A stretch of DNA of 64,000 nucleotides from contig CM041465.1 of NCBI GenBank assembly GCA_023213395.1, forward strand, positions 175,901,741 through 175,965,740. The letters are read 5' to 3'. Source of the stretch: Cycas panzhihuaensis. Lineage: Eukaryota > Plantae > Cycadophyta. Made by a program: the position numbers and the translations under genes. Position 1 is the stretch's first letter. Every line of letters starts with the position of its first letter. The notes beneath the pieces were generated by a model. The model had not been told where the DNA came from. It searched no databases and worked only from the letters and a program-made list of their open reading frames with translations. Shown one piece after another: positions 1 through 14,100 of the stretch.

Positions 1-1601
1 CTTGAACACTTGGTTGGATATACCCTTAACCATCATAAGTCAAAGTTTAAAAAATGTCTTGCCATGGGCTATCCTTACATGACCATAATATAAAAATCAC
101 TAGCCAAATTCTTACTTATAAATTTGGTTAAGGTATTAAGTAAATCATTGATTTATCACATGGTAACTAAAAATTATATAAGAGGCTAATACCTTGCCTG
201 GGGACTAAATAACTTAGGTTTCATATTAGAGAACATTATCTATGATCCACTAACTTCGCTCTTACACTGAATTAGGTATGAGAATGCCCTAATTATCTCC
301 TAAGTGGTTACTGTTCTATAAAGGGATATCACTTTACAATGTGACCTTTGATAGCTAACGTAATGATTGCATGGATTAATAATATATCAATAGTTAATGT
401 GATGCTTCATATCCATGCTTATCAAGATAGACCTCAAATCAATTAGCATAAGTTATACATCAATTAGCATAAGTTGTAAACCATATTTTCTATGATAATT
501 TGGCTAAGATATTAAACTTAAAAGCTAAAATTTATTGAAATAGTGTGTACTTATCGTGCATCATAACTAATTGAATCAAATTGATTATTAATGAAAATTA
601 GAAAGGACTGTCTACATATTATGGTATGTATTTTCTTTCATTTATGTATCTATTATTGTTATTTATTTTTTATTTTTTAATATGTTTAATCAATCTTAAA
701 GCAAGTACATATGATTAAAAACTATAGAAAAACAAATCAATTTTATATTCTTTTTTATCATAATCAATTATATTTCTAATTTAGAAAAACATATCACCAT
801 AAGTTTGTTTATCTTAAATGCCACATCACCTCTCAAAGAAATCATGGAATGTGAAATTCAAAGTAAGAAGCAATAGTTTTCTATGGCTAAAAAACCATTG
901 TAGTTTTTTATGATAAGCAACAAAATTGTACAACATCCACAAGTTCAAAGGGTCAAATATAAGCTTAGAAATGAGGGAAAGCATTTAACACTTTACATGA
1001 TGTCTCTTTGACCAATAGTGAGTACATGTAAAACCTTGTAAGATAGGCTTTGGACCTTGCCACCCGAACGTTATTCATGGCCAAAACTTTTCTCAAGTGA
1101 TAATAACACTTACAAAATCCAAGGATTTTATTGGATATTGATCCTTTCTCCCCTCATCCATATTCGTCATAGGTGGCCAATAAACAATTGAAATTCAATT
1201 GCATTTAGAATGCATTTCCACATAATCAAACTAAAACGAATGAACTCAAAAGAATGTTAAAGTGAGAATCACCCATCACTCTACGCATATTACCTCAACT
1301 ATATCTTTTATTATGAGACTTTTACAAAAAGAATTAGAATTTTTTTGGACGGTAGATGTTGATACGAATGATTTTACATTTTAAAATTATATTAAAATTT
1401 TGAACGGGTTGCCCAATTGTCTTAGGATCCTAATTCCAATAGCCATGCATGGCGGCCTCACTTGAACATACTTAAAAAAATATAATTCCATCAAATAACT
1501 ATCTAAAAAAGATTTTCCCAATTGTTATAAGAGGCATCGGCGAAGCTTTTGAACCATCTTGCCAAACTTGGAGCATATTGAATTTGTATTTTGAGAGCAC
1601 A

Positions 1602-2627
1602 TCACAGTGGTAATTCGGGAACAACCCCTCCTTTAGAAATAATCTGATTCTCGAGCTGCAAGAGAAATTAGAACATCGATAAGAATTTACCATTACTACA
1701 ACATTGTAGGCTAATTCAATTTAAGAATACACAGAAATCTATCATGGTAGGACGACATTCAACGCCTTCCCTTACCTCAAAAAGGGTCTCCAATTTTTCT
1801 TTAGAGTCGTGGAATACCTTGTGCAGCAGATGGCAACCCTCTTTGCATCTGCAAATAATTTGCAATACAATAATAAAATTTTCAATGTTATCCTTCAACT
1901 TTATATCAGTGGGTTTACCTTACTACGTTGGCATCCTCGCAGCTCTTCCTCAGATCAATGCAAACGTCCTTTACTCGACGGCATCCGACGCTGAATTATC
2001 CACAAAAAGAACCAAAAAGAAAAAAAAATTACTGTATCTCAGAGTTCTGCGTGCATGTGACCACAACCTTATCTCATGTACCATTAATGAACAGATGATC
2101 ATTTTGATACAAACATTTCGCGGATAATTTAATCGAGCGTACTAAATGTACATTTATTTAAGGCGGAATTAAATCGTTTTCGGTACCTCGAACTGCTGCC
2201 CTTGAACTGGTGCACCGTTCTATCCAAGCCCGCGAAATCGATCGGTTCCTTGGTTCTGCACACGTCCAATCGATAAATTAGCAGACTATAATCTTACAGA
2301 AAATATATTAATGAACAATAAGTGGGAAATGCATACATTGCATCTGAGATTTGTTGCAGAATGTTGTTTGAATCGTCGAAATACATTGTGACCACCTCTT
2401 TAACGAATTCTGGATTGCTCTCATCCTGCAACATGTACAGTTGTGCGAATTGCTCGTCCACGCAACCCTGCATCGATATATTAATACCAGAAATTCAATG
2501 ACATTATCGATTTGGAAATACAGAGAATGGCACGATTATTGTCTAATTATTCATTCCATGGGCCGACCTCGTCAAACAAGCAACCGACGTAATCGGAATG
2601 CTGTTTCTGGAGCTGAGCGACGTCCAT
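1602..2627 (-). CDS. AHP: Histidine-containing phosphotransfer protein (AHP/HPt family), 6 coding exons: 2627-2568, 2467-2337, 2255-2187, 1990-1919, 1848-1776, 1655-1602; 152 aa
   Basis: Manually spliced with GT..AG at all five introns; exon lengths 60/131/69/72/73/54 nt keep frame. Protein: MDVAQLQKQHSDYVGCLFDEGCVDEQFAQLYMLQDESNPEFVKEVVTMYFDDSNNILQQISDAITKEPIDFAGLDRTVHQFKGSSSSVGCRRVKDVCIDLRKSCEDANVVRCKEGCHLLHKVFHDSKEKLETLFELENQIISKGGVVPELPL*. It has the HPt signature HQxKGSSxS with phospho-acceptor His, plus the plant AHP motifs DxQF-LQDE-NPxFV and KLETLF-LExQI. The symbol is family-level; orthologue not assignable. Confidence 0.96.
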
Positions 2628-2688
2628 TGTAATTAGAAGTCTTCAACGCAGAGATCTAATTCAAAGCTTCTGATAACACAGATTGCTG

Positions 2689-2717
2689 TATTGAGGAGAG
2701 GTCAGCATTATTATATG
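2689..2717 (-). promoter_or_regulatory. Putative proximal core promoter of the AHP gene (TATAATA + pyrimidine patch/Inr)
   Basis: Minus strand reads CATATAATAAtgctgaCCTCTCCTCAATA; the TATA-like box lies about 90 nt upstream of the ATG at 2627. Confidence 0.5.
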
Positions 2718-3114
2718 TCCAGAGGATAGAGATCGCAGGGGCTGCTACTCGTGATAAGGTGAGTTGTAACCGGCGCGACCGGCCGTTACGGAGTCGTCGG
2801 GTGACCCCAAATTAGAAGGGCCGTGCGGATCGGCAGGTGTCTCTAGCGACCACAACGTTCGCGACAAGCAGAACCCTGACTCTGCGTATCGATCCGTCCA
2901 AATTGCGTGACTAAATTTTACACGTAATTCTAATAATATAATTCATAAACTTTGGACACATATGTAACGGAATCGGATCTTCCTTAACCAAATAAAACTA
3001 AATTAAATGATAAAAGGTTATTTGTTGAAGATGAATGGTTCACGTATTATTGGACAAGCTATTCCTCATCAATAAGAAAGTGCATAGCTTTTTATGTCTT
3101 AAAAGACGCCAATC

Positions 3115-3145
3115 TATTGAGGAGAGGATCAACAGTTTTATAGAG
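3115..3145 (-). promoter_or_regulatory. Putative distal core promoter copy (TATAAAA + same CCTCTCCTCAATA element)
   Basis: Minus strand reads CTCTATAAAActgttgatCCTCTCCTCAATA; the 13-mer is identical to 2689-2701. Confidence 0.4.
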
Positions 3146-6100
3146 TTAAAAAATGGCTAACAAATATCACAAAGGACAATTAGCCACGCCATGTGGTATT
3201 TTCATATGATGATTCATTATTATAAATAAAATGGTCAAATTACAATTTATAAATTATTTATGGTTAGTTATTATTAAGTTATTGAATACATCTTCCCACA
3301 TATTAATATATGATGTAATGAATGATTAAATTGCAATTATTATATTATGGCAATTAGAGGTACTTTTTATTGCAAAGGATATTTCAATTCATAATGGCAT
3401 TCACTTGTGTAAAAGTATTACAAAAGATATCATACTTTCATGTTTTCTTATTAATTTATGTTTCAAAAAGATTAAGATTAATTATTTTATTTTATTTTTT
3501 TGGCATTAAATTGGTCAAACTTAAAGCTTTCTAATGTTTTATATTTTTCTTTTATTGAGTTGCATTGAGAATAGTCTTAAAGAATTTTTTGATGGGATAG
3601 TAGCTAGAAGATGCTAGTTTGAAGTGTCAACCTTTTTTGTTTAAGGTAAAAATAAATATCATTAAATTATAAATTCAAATGTAGTATAAAATGCTAAAGA
3701 GCCCAAAGGTCAAGTGGACATACTTGCCCTATTTTTAAGTGTCAACTTATTAGACCTAATTATCCATCATGGATAATTAAATTGTATTATGGATATAGAA
3801 GCTTTACTAATATAAAAATTGTATGGAGCAAATAATTTACCCGTTGCACCCTTTGAGCAATTAATTTGCAATGTTTTATTGTATTGATATTTGAGTTTAT
3901 CTACTTGCATTACTTGTTAATTTTATGCACATTAAATATTAGATCCTACTAATTAATTTCATATATTTTACATATGTTATTCATATGACATACTTAAAAG
4001 GTCCTACAAAATCTAATTCCCATCATTCAAAATTTATTTAAGCTAAAGATGGTTGTAAGGGCATGAAATCATCTTCCAAAGGTCAACCCATTCTTTGATA
4101 AATATCACGTTTAGAAACATACTCGTTTATGCTTTTGAATAATTATGGCCACCATAATCCTGATAATAAAATCCTCCTAGCTATGGATTTGGGTCCAAGA
4201 TGACCACATGTAGTACCCTAATGAACTTTACTGATTATTGCTAGCACTTCTTCTAGCATTAGACATTGTCATAACACACATGATTTTTCCCAGCATGTAT
4301 AATAATCCTCTTATTAGTTGATAAGGTGCTACTTTTTTCATGAGTTCTCTACATTGTTATGAAGTCATATATGTAGGGAATGATCTTGTGCTTCAATATC
4401 ATGTTAGGTCATCATAACTCAATGGAGCTACTATCACTTGGAATAGTTTAGCGTGGGGAAAATCATCATAAACTCTATGAGGATCTTCTCTTATCTAAAT
4501 TCTAGATAAGTGATTAGCAGTTACATGCATGTAACCTAGTCAAACTACTACCTTAAAATTAAATTCCTGAAGTAATAATAACCATCAACTTATTCTTTCT
4601 TAAAAGATGGGTTTGTTGATCATATATAAATGGGCTTAATGGTCAACAAAAAATACAAAAGGATTTGCTAAGAAATAATGCCATTTTTTTTGCACGACAT
4701 AAATCATTCCTAATTCTTCTCTTTCAACTATTGAGTAATTCTTATCTGCTTTATTCAATCATTTATTGGTGTAGTAGATGGGTAAGTCAACCTTGTGACT
4801 ATCCTCTTAGGCTAGTATACATCCAATTGCTATATGTGATATGTTTATATGAATATGAAATTCTTTTATCTAGTTTGGGTGAACTAAAATTAGAGTTGTA
4901 ATAAGTCTATTTTTGAGATCTTTAAATATTATTTGTTGTTCATTCCCTTAAACAAAACTTATCCCTTTCTATAACAATTCTTTTAGGGGATGCATATTGT
5001 AAGCAAATCCCTCTCTAAACTAACAATTGTATTTGATATGTCTAAGGAAGAATCATACTCCTACAACATCTGATGGTGGGATCAAAATTATTATGACTTT
5101 AATTTTATCTGGATTTATTTTCAACCCATGAGCATAGATAATAGGTGCCAATAGCTTATCATATAGAACTAAAAATTAGCATTTTTTTGGATTTAGTGAT
5201 AGTTTTATTTTTTGACAAATTTCTAAATATTTTGTTAATAGTGGAAGATGATCTTTAATGTTACCATAAATGGACTAGCCATTTAAGAACATTGATTTTG
5301 ATGATAATTAATTAAATACATGCATAACAATTTGCTAAAATATAGTAAGGGCATTACAAAGTCTAAAATGCATTTAGTTGCATGTAAAAATTTCAGTCTG
5401 AGTGAAAAATATAATTTTTTAATTTATCATTTTCTACAATGCTTATCTAGTTATAGCCTAAAAAGCCATTTAAGAATGAGTATGCCTCATGTCGCGTAAC
5501 TTCTTCTAAGATGATGTTTATAAAAGGAATGGGAAATGGATCTTTCTAAGTTACTACATTTAATTTTTAAAAGTCAACACAAATGCATAATCTCTCATTT
5601 TTCTTAGAGACTACCATAATTAGCAAAACCAAATTGCTTTTCCTAATTTTTTTATCTACTTGTTCTCTGTATTTGGGATTCATTTGATAAGGTTGATGTT
5701 TTACTAGTTTTAACCTCAATATTAGTTCAATTCTATGTTCACATAATTCTCTTGGTATTCTCTTTAAATCTTTATATATTCAATCTAAGACATCCTTATA
5801 GTGCAAGAAGATCTTTATCACCATTACTATTAACATTGGATCCCAATTGTTACCCATTATTATTATTTGCTTGTCTTGTTCAGTGCTTAAATTTACTAGT
5901 TATTATGGTGCTTCATCATAGAAAATTTGATCCTTATTAAAATTATATGCAAGATTTTAAAGTAATATTTGATTTCCTTCAATGACTTCATAAAAATGGT
6001 TGGAGTATTCATGCTCGCAATCATATGTATCTCAGATCTAGTAAGTATTTATGTAGTCTAGTGGTTATATTTCAACTAAATAGCATGAAAATACTTTATA

Positions 6101-6486
6101 TTCTTGTTGTTGCCAATGAAACAACCCATTAATTAATTCTATTTCATCTTTAGAATATAAATCCAAAAATAAAACACCTTCAATTTGTTCACATATATTA
6201 TCATCATTAAATATTGTACTTAGAGGGTGTTGATGCTCTTTAGCACTTTTAATATATTTATCATCATTAGGATCACCAGTGCCCTCATCTCAAGATTTAT
6301 AATCTACTAATTCCTCACTTAGAGAATGATGATTTAAATTTATTAATTATTTTTTCTCTTTTTTATTAATCATAAATGTGTCGTGACCCTAATTTTGGAG
6401 TATGTATGTAGTACATAACTAAGGACATCCTAGAAGTGCATCATATGGTGGAGGTGTCTCATTGATCATATGAATAATGATAAAAT

Positions 6487-6787
6487 TAAAAAGAGTGGAT
6501 CTACCATTCATCTCCATGCACTAAACACAAAGGTAAACATGGGAGGAGCAAGAGAGACTTGAGACAAAGAAAATAACTCTCATAATATGGGGAGGTAAGA
6601 ATGAGCCTCTTCTATTGAGATTTTACTTTTATATTGTGAGATGGAGCATTAGAGTTAGGTGAAATGAAATTACACATAATACACATGAAAGTGCATTTCA
6701 CTTAAGTGATCTAATTTAAAGTTCACTTAAGACCCTTTTTATAAATAATCAACTAATTTAATGATCTTGTGACATTAACACTTTTCA
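6487..6787 (-). repeat. 3' LTR of copia #1
   Basis: Matches 13803-14100; preceded on the minus strand by the PPT. Confidence 0.93.
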
Positions 6788-7220
6788 ATCTCTCCCTTAA
6801 TGGTAGAAGGTCATTTCATCCCATTTTATTCTATCCTATGGGGTCTTCATTTAAGCCTCTTACAAAGCAAATTACTATGACACGTTTGTGGGAAACCCTC
6901 ATGGGGAAGAAAACCCACAAATTTTCTAATCTACTAACCTAGCTCAAGTGGCTCTTTAAATGAAGCCAAATAGCCAATCAGTACAATGAATTTTGTAGCT
7001 AAAATCTACTAAGTCTCCATATACCATTTGATCATCCCCAATGCCCTTTCGGGTTTTCATAGGTTTCGATTTTCCAAAATGATACAACCATTATCCTTTC
7101 ATGCCCACAAGGGGTTTTCATGAATGGGATAGAGAAAAGACTTACTCTTGTCCTTCTATGCCCACAAGGGGTTTTAACAAATGAGACAAAGTATGATGAT
7201 CCTATTATCATCTCCTTCAA

Positions 7221-10200
7221 TTAGTTGAAGATAGAGGCCCTGAGGCTGAATTACTTTTAGAACTATTCAAACATCACCCTCTTTAGTGGTTTGGTGAAGA
7301 TATCGGCCACTTGATCTACTGTGGGGTAGTACTCCAGTTGAATTGTGCCATCATGAACTAGTTCTCTAATCCTGTGGACTTTCATACTTATATATTTGGT
7401 GTGATCATGAAAGACAAGATTTTTAGCCATCTAGATTGTAGATTGATTATCTACATATAAGCTAGTAGAACATGTTTGGGTGGCATTTAATGTATCCAAT
7501 AATTTTCTAAGCCATATCACCTTCTTGCTTGTCTCAGAAGCAGCAATATACTCAGCTTCGGCAGTTGAGTCTGTAACTATCTTCTGTTGTCTATATCTCC
7601 ATGATATTAGTGCTGTTCCAATAAATGTTACGTACCCAGACATAGATCTTCATGTGTCTTTATCTCTGGTAAAGTCTAAGTTTGTATATGCATAAAGTTT
7701 AAATTCTACATTGGGTTCATACAACAGACCATATTTGCTGGTCATCTTTAGGTACCTCAACACTTGTATTATAGCTTGCCAATAATTTTGCTTAGGCTTT
7801 GTCATAAATCTTACAAGAATGCTGATAGAGTGTATAATATCTGGCCTTGTATTGGTAGTATAGATGAGACTACCTACAAGTTACCTGTAGAGAGTTATGT
7901 CTGCCTCCCTAATGTCACCACCAACTCAGAGTTTAATAGTAGGCTCTATAGGTGTATCCACTAGTCGAGCACCTTCCAACTAAAACTTTGTCAGAAGATT
8001 GTTGATATATTTTTCTTGGGAGAGAAAGATTTTACCATTCTTTTAAGTTACTTCAATTCCCAAGTAATATTTCATCAACCCAAGATTAGACAATTCAAAT
8101 GTTTTAGCAAGGTTTTTCTTCAGCTAGCTGTTACCTGTTCACTATTCTCAGTTATTAGTGTTTCATCCACAAAGATTAAGAGGTAAGTGACTTTATCATT
8201 TTGGCGCTTGATAAATAATGTTGCATCAATATCTTGATAATCACAAACCTCATATCCAAGTTGCCTCATTCTTTCAGACAACTTGGTAAACCAAGCACGA
8301 GGGGCTTGTTTTAGACCGTATAAGGACTTTTTGAGCCTGCAAACCTTATGCTCCTGACCGAAAATCTCGTATCCTTTTGGTTGAGCTATGTAAATTTCTT
8401 CTTTAAGATCCCCATTGAGAAATGTGGTCTTGACATCGAGTTGGTGGATTTTCCAACCCTATTGAGTAGCTAAGGCTATAAGAGTTTTGATTATAGGCCA
8501 CTTGGTTATAGGAGCAAAGATTTCAGTGTAATCGATGCCTTCCCTTTGTGTAAATCCTTTTGCTACCAACCTCGCCTTATATTTTTTTAGGGTGTCATCT
8601 AATCTGTACTTATTTTTAAACACCCATTTATTTTGAACTACCTTTCTTCCAAGTGATAGATCAATAAGCTTCCATGTACTGTTCTTGATAAGATATTGGT
8701 ACTTTTCATTCATGGCATTTCTCTAAGTTGTATGCTTTACATCTTCTTGGTACATTAGGGGCTCTTCATTAAGAGTAAGGTGTAGTTCTACTGGTTCAAG
8801 TTCAATAAAAATTGATTCATACATCCTTGATTTATGGACACTTCTAGTACTAGTTTTGCCTATATCATCTAGTTGCATATCCTTGTGTAGCTGGTAAGCT
8901 TCATGAAAACCTCGAATTAGGAACGAGGTTTTCATTTCCATTGCCTCTTGGTCTTCATTTTAATCCTGAAAAGGATCATGTAAAATGTTTGGCATGGAGG
9001 AAGTTGATGATGCTGGAGAAGATGGGCTAGCCACATATATTGGAGAAGATGATCCTTCTGCTATGGCTTTACCTTTGTCAACTTGGTTATTCACAAATGA
9101 TGGTGTTGGATGTATACACATTGGCTAGGAGTCATTACTTGTATCCTCTAAGGCTTTATTGTCAGATTCCAAGATTTTGAGAAACTATTGAGTATCTCTC
9201 TCATTAAATTTTAGAATCTAAACATCAAATTTAATAGCATCATTAGATTGGTATGAAGGCATCTTAGAGTCAAGTCTAAATAATTGATCTTCAGACTCCA
9301 TAAAGATAACATCTCTAGTGATGATGATTTTGCACTGTGAAGGTATGAAAACCTTATACCCCTTTTATCCATAGGGTATCTGACAAAGATGCCTTTGATG
9401 GCTCTATCTTGGAGTTTGTTTCTATGTTCCTATAGAATATGAGCATAACAAGTAGAGCTAAAATTTTTGAAGTAGGAGATAGAAGGGGTTTGTCCATACT
9501 ACATTTCATGTGGAGAGGGGCTGAGCTTAGAGGGACTAATAGTGTTGGTGCAGTACACAACAGTCTAGATAGCCTCAACTTAAAGATAGAGAGGGATATT
9601 CTTATGTACCATCATAGCACAAGCTATATTCATGATGGTCCTATTCATATGCTCAGCAACTCTATTTTGCTAGGGTGTATCTACAATAATGGTTCGATGT
9701 TTGATTCCATGTTGACGTAAGTATGATTCAAACTCATTGGATGTATACTCACCACCATTGTTAATCTTGAGTATTTTGATCTTGAATCCAGATTCATTTT
9801 CCATGCAAACCTTGAAAGCTTGAAACATAGAAAAAGCTTTATCTTTCTTTACAAGAAAAGCAACCTATACTTTCTTGGTAAAATCATCAGTGAAAATAAT
9901 ATAGTACCACTTCTATTTTAGAGAAGGGATAGGCATAGGACTACATATATCTGAGTGTATAAGCTGCAAAGTTTGGCTAGATTTTCACTGATTATAAGGA
10001 AAGGGTTGTCTTTGAGATTTGGCAATAATGCATGCTTCACATTTAAAGGGCCTAGAGGAGAGCCTAGGCAAACCAGGAAGAGTGACTTGTAGTTCTCTTA
10101 AATGATCAATTTTGATATAGCCCATATGAGCATGTTATAAGGCCACTTGGAACAACTTTTGAGGAGTCAAGGTTATGGTAAAAGTAGAGTCATCATCAAC

Positions 10201-11763
10201 ATAATTAGCTTCAGATGATGGTGAGCTAGTTAGACGAAAAAGTTTGCCATCAAGAATTCCAGTCATAACCACAGCATTTGAAGGAGGGTGAATGATACAA
10301 AGAGTTTGATTGTTTGCAGTTACACTTAGATCAAATCCATGAGAGATAAGGGTAGACAGTGAGAGCAGATTCTGCTTCAGAGTAGGAATATATAAAACAT
10401 TAATAAGTGTAAAATCTGGAAGGCTTGGGAGTTTCAGGCAAACAGTTCCAAGTCCTTCAAATGGCTGAGATGATTTGTCAGCCATGTGTACAACACCATG
10501 AACTTCAGAGTCAAAATCCTAAAAGAACTGATGATGACAAGTCATGTGTTGTGCTTCTCTAATATCCATGATCCACGATGAAGTATTTGAGGTGGCACTA
10601 TTTGCAACTTCAAGTGGTGAAGGAAAAAGTGAATAAGCATAGCCACAATGAGCCTCAATATACTTAGTGGATCTATCAACAACATTTAATGAAGTGGTCA
10701 TAATTCTTTGAAGGTTTTCATTAGCAAATTGTGTTCCACCAAAAGCATCTTCAAAAGAAGTATTATTAACATTATGTGCACCATGGCATTGTTGATAACT
10801 TGGTAGTTTGTTGGTGGTAGTTCTATAATTTTTGGTATAATGTCTTTTTCTATTACACCTTTGGCATACAATTGTTTGATTTCTAGTCCTATAAGAAGTA
10901 TTGGGCTAGTTGAATTGTCTCTAATTACTGGATCTAGGTCTAGGTTGATTATTTTGGCCTTAGCCTTGAGACTATTTTTTTTGGAGTTAAGGAGCCTGTT
11001 GACCAAGAGGACATTGTCATTGTTATCTATCTCTTCCTCTTCCATGAGAATTACCACCTCTACGAGAGTATTAACCTTGATTTTTGGTATAACAAAGATC
11101 TCCTTCCACTTTAAAAGCAACATCAATTGGATCTGATATAGTGGCAAAGTTGGTATCAAAGGTCTTATCAAATTCAATGAATTTATCATCAAGAGCCTCA
11201 AAGTTTCACTAGATTAAAGACTTCCCAATAGATTTTTGTAATCTGGGATATGGAGACATGACTAAATCAAGAAAGCCCATGTAATACATTGAGTTTTAAA
11301 ATCTTTATCAATGGCTTGTTTGATTGGACGAAGGAGATTGATTGTCTCACTTGCGTGTCCTTTTTACATTTTTATTTTGTTCATCTTCAGCACTAAGTGA
11401 ATAAATTCTAAGTCAAATTTAGTATTAAAGTTCTTCTTAAGAACTTTCTATACTGTATTATGTATAACTTTATCAATGAGATTATGTAAGGAATAATCAA
11501 TGATAAGTAGTATCCTTACACAGATGTTATCATCATCAAGTTCCCATTAGCATTTAGCTATAGATTCAGTGAGAGCAATTAAAGCACATCCTCTAAAAAC
11601 ATCTGAGGTAGTTGTAGATGCAATAGATGGTCTAGGTTGTAAGTGATCTCTCCACAGACCTTCATACTTTGTAGTATTTCTAACACCAGTAAACAACATG
11701 TCCTAATTTTCTTTTCTTTTTAGAATCAGTTCACATTTTGCTTAAAATGTGAAGATATGGTAT
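7221..11763 (-). pseudogene. Copia #1 gag-pol, disrupted
   Basis: ORF fragments 10135-10485 and 10519-10701 (PR region), 8459-8713 (RT), 7431-7643 (RNase H); multiple stops and frameshifts; terminal TAA at 7221-7223. Confidence 0.9.
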
Positions 11764-13802
11764 CTTTTGAGAATGGAAGAAATAAACAAGAGACTATAAA
11801 ATTGATGGTAATAAATGACTAATCACTATTTATAAATAGGAGATATAATAAGGTAATATAACATAAGGAAGAAGAAGTGAGAATGGTTGCTCAAAGATGA
11901 AGGGAGCAACTTAAAGAAAAGTCACCAATACTTGTGACAAATATTAAACTGACATAGCAGGAATATGAGAAGCACTATCATAAAATTGGCCACTAACACT
12001 TGTGGAAAATATTAACCTGACGCAGTAGGAATATGAGAAGCACTATAATTATGATTATACTATGGATCACTTTTTACAAATAAGTAAGTGATCAATATAC
12101 AAGATTATAGGCCAATGTAGAAGCTGACATCATTGGGTCTATATAACTTGAAACTCAAATATAGGATGGGTAATCAACCTAATAACCTCTAACTTATGTC
12201 CAATATGTAGTTGAGGTTGTTAAAGGGATGCCTAGGCTTTTAGTAAAATTAAGGTGGCCTTCACCTGTAATACTTATAATTATGCTTGGTGATGAAATGC
12301 AAGTCACAACGGAGCCTAGGTACTCCCAATCCTCACCCAGTTCACCAATGAGCAGTTATATACCTCCTCTAAAGAGTGGTACATACATACCCATGGTTAT
12401 GATAGATATTAGATCGAGTATATTTTAATCTTATATTAAAGTTTCAGTTTTCTCAGTTGGTTATCAGGATGATCCCTGATTGAGACATGATGATATAGCT
12501 AACCAAACCTCACCAATATTCTAGTTGAGTTTAGTCCCAACTTGAAACCTATACCTCCTTTATAGAATGGCATTATGTTAACCAAGGTATCTCAACCTTG
12601 GCAAGTGTATGAGCAAGCACAAGATGGCAGAAAATAGCATGCGTGATGTGTTCCTTTTAGCAAAAGTGAAAAGATTATCGAATTGCATCAAATGTAGATT
12701 TAACTGAAAATAGAATGCTGGCTTAGAGTACTTTTGGAGTGCTTACTCGAAGTGTCTTTAAAATGCTTATTTTGAGTGATTTTAGAGTGCTGAAAGGCAA
12801 TGCTAATAAGTGAGTGAGGACACTAGATATTACTCCAATCTAAGTGTTTTTTTCTCACTTTTACAATAGGCTTTTAAGCCTTATAAAAAGAAGGAAGAAT
12901 TTTTCTTCACTTTTTTTTTTTTGTTAATACAAAATAAAGTAGTCTTCACTAAATCAACAATAACTTTCTCCCACGATGATGAAATGGAGTTATAGTTTTT
13001 ATGCTACAAACTAGACTCAAAGCTTCATCTTTAGGAAATAGAATCAAGTCCAAGTGAGTTTTGGAAAGTTTTTGGCAACTTTGCAAAGTTAGAAGATTAT
13101 ATTTTTCTAGAATTCTTACTAAAAACAATTGCTATTAATTAAAATAGCAATAACTTCCTCATAAGACATCAAAATTAGGTGCTTATTTTTGTGATTGAAA
13201 GTAGACTCAGAGCCTCATCTTTGAAAATTAGAATCATGTTAATTGGAGATCTATAGAAGATTTTGCAGACCTGTGAATTTCAACAAGCAAAATTTATTTA
13301 TACAGAAATTTTAGCTTGCTAATATCTCATTAACACATGATACCATATGAAATTTCCATCATTTTTTTTATTATGATGATCCCAATATGAGATAGGTGAG
13401 AGAATACAATGATGCATATTTTAAATGGGTCAAAATTCTTTAAAAAAAATGGATAAAACCTCTCATTATAATCATTCTTTTAAATGCTAGAAAAATTTTA
13501 GTAGCATTTCCCCTTGTTAAATGGATAAAAAGAGGGGAAAGAAAAAGAAGACTGAGATAGCATGAATGACCACCAAAGGATTAGAATCATTGGGCCTTAC
13601 AACTCTTTGTATTGTGCTTCCAAACTTACAAAATATAAAGGAAAAGTAAACAATACAAAATATACTATCATAATAACTTGAAACTATTTCTAAATCTACT
13701 TTCACAATCTCCTTCATCACATGGATTGTAGGGGAGAAGGAAGTGATGGCTCCATTACAAGTGTAAATGAGGAATATGAAGGAAGTAAGCTCTAAAACCA
13801 CA

Positions 13803-14100
13803 TGAAAAGAGTGGATCTATCATTCATCTCCATGCACTAAACACAAAGGCAAACATGGGAGCAAGAGAGACTTGAGACAAAGAAAATAACTCTCACAAAA
13901 TGGGGAGGTAAGAATGAGCCTCTTCCATTGAGCTTTTACTTTTATATTAAGAGAGGGAGCATTAGAGTTAGGTGAAATAAAATTACACATAATTCACACA
14001 AAAGTGCATTTTACTTAAGTGATCTAATTTAAGGTTCACTTAAGACCCTTTTTAGAAATAATCAACTAATGTAATGACCTTGTGACATTAACCCTTTTCA
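13803..14100 (-). repeat. 5' LTR of copia #1
   Basis: TG...CA with 7-bp terminal inverted repeat; PBS adjacent. Confidence 0.93.

Larger units (their letters stand above)
1340..3190. other. CpG-rich island covering the AHP gene and promoter
   Basis: CG dinucleotides are frequent here (e.g. 2760-2910), whereas the flanking TE sequence has almost none. Boundaries approximate. Confidence 0.75.
6487..14100 (-). mobile_element. Full-length decayed Ty1/copia LTR retrotransposon #1
   Basis: Direct LTRs 6487-6787 and 13803-14100 (~93% identical by eye; TGAAAAG...CTTTTCA, left copy TG>TA). PBS-like TGGTTTTAGAGC next to 13803; PPT AAGGGAGAGA next to 6787; near-TSD AAAAT/AAAAA. Order gag-PR(WIMD)-INT-RT(KARLVAKGFTQREGIDY)-RH(SWR..STAEAEYIAA). 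Confidence 0.95.

Noticed and set aside
830-1200. Possible integrase C-terminal remnant (NNTYKI) on the plus strand
   Set aside because: One short motif only; insufficient support.
1499-2632. ORF-track calls 1499-1693, 1716-1898, 1744-2127, 1809-1994, 2441-2632 as separate genes
   Set aside because: They are antisense, off-frame or partial read-outs of the spliced AHP exons; only 1716-1898 includes a true exon frame.
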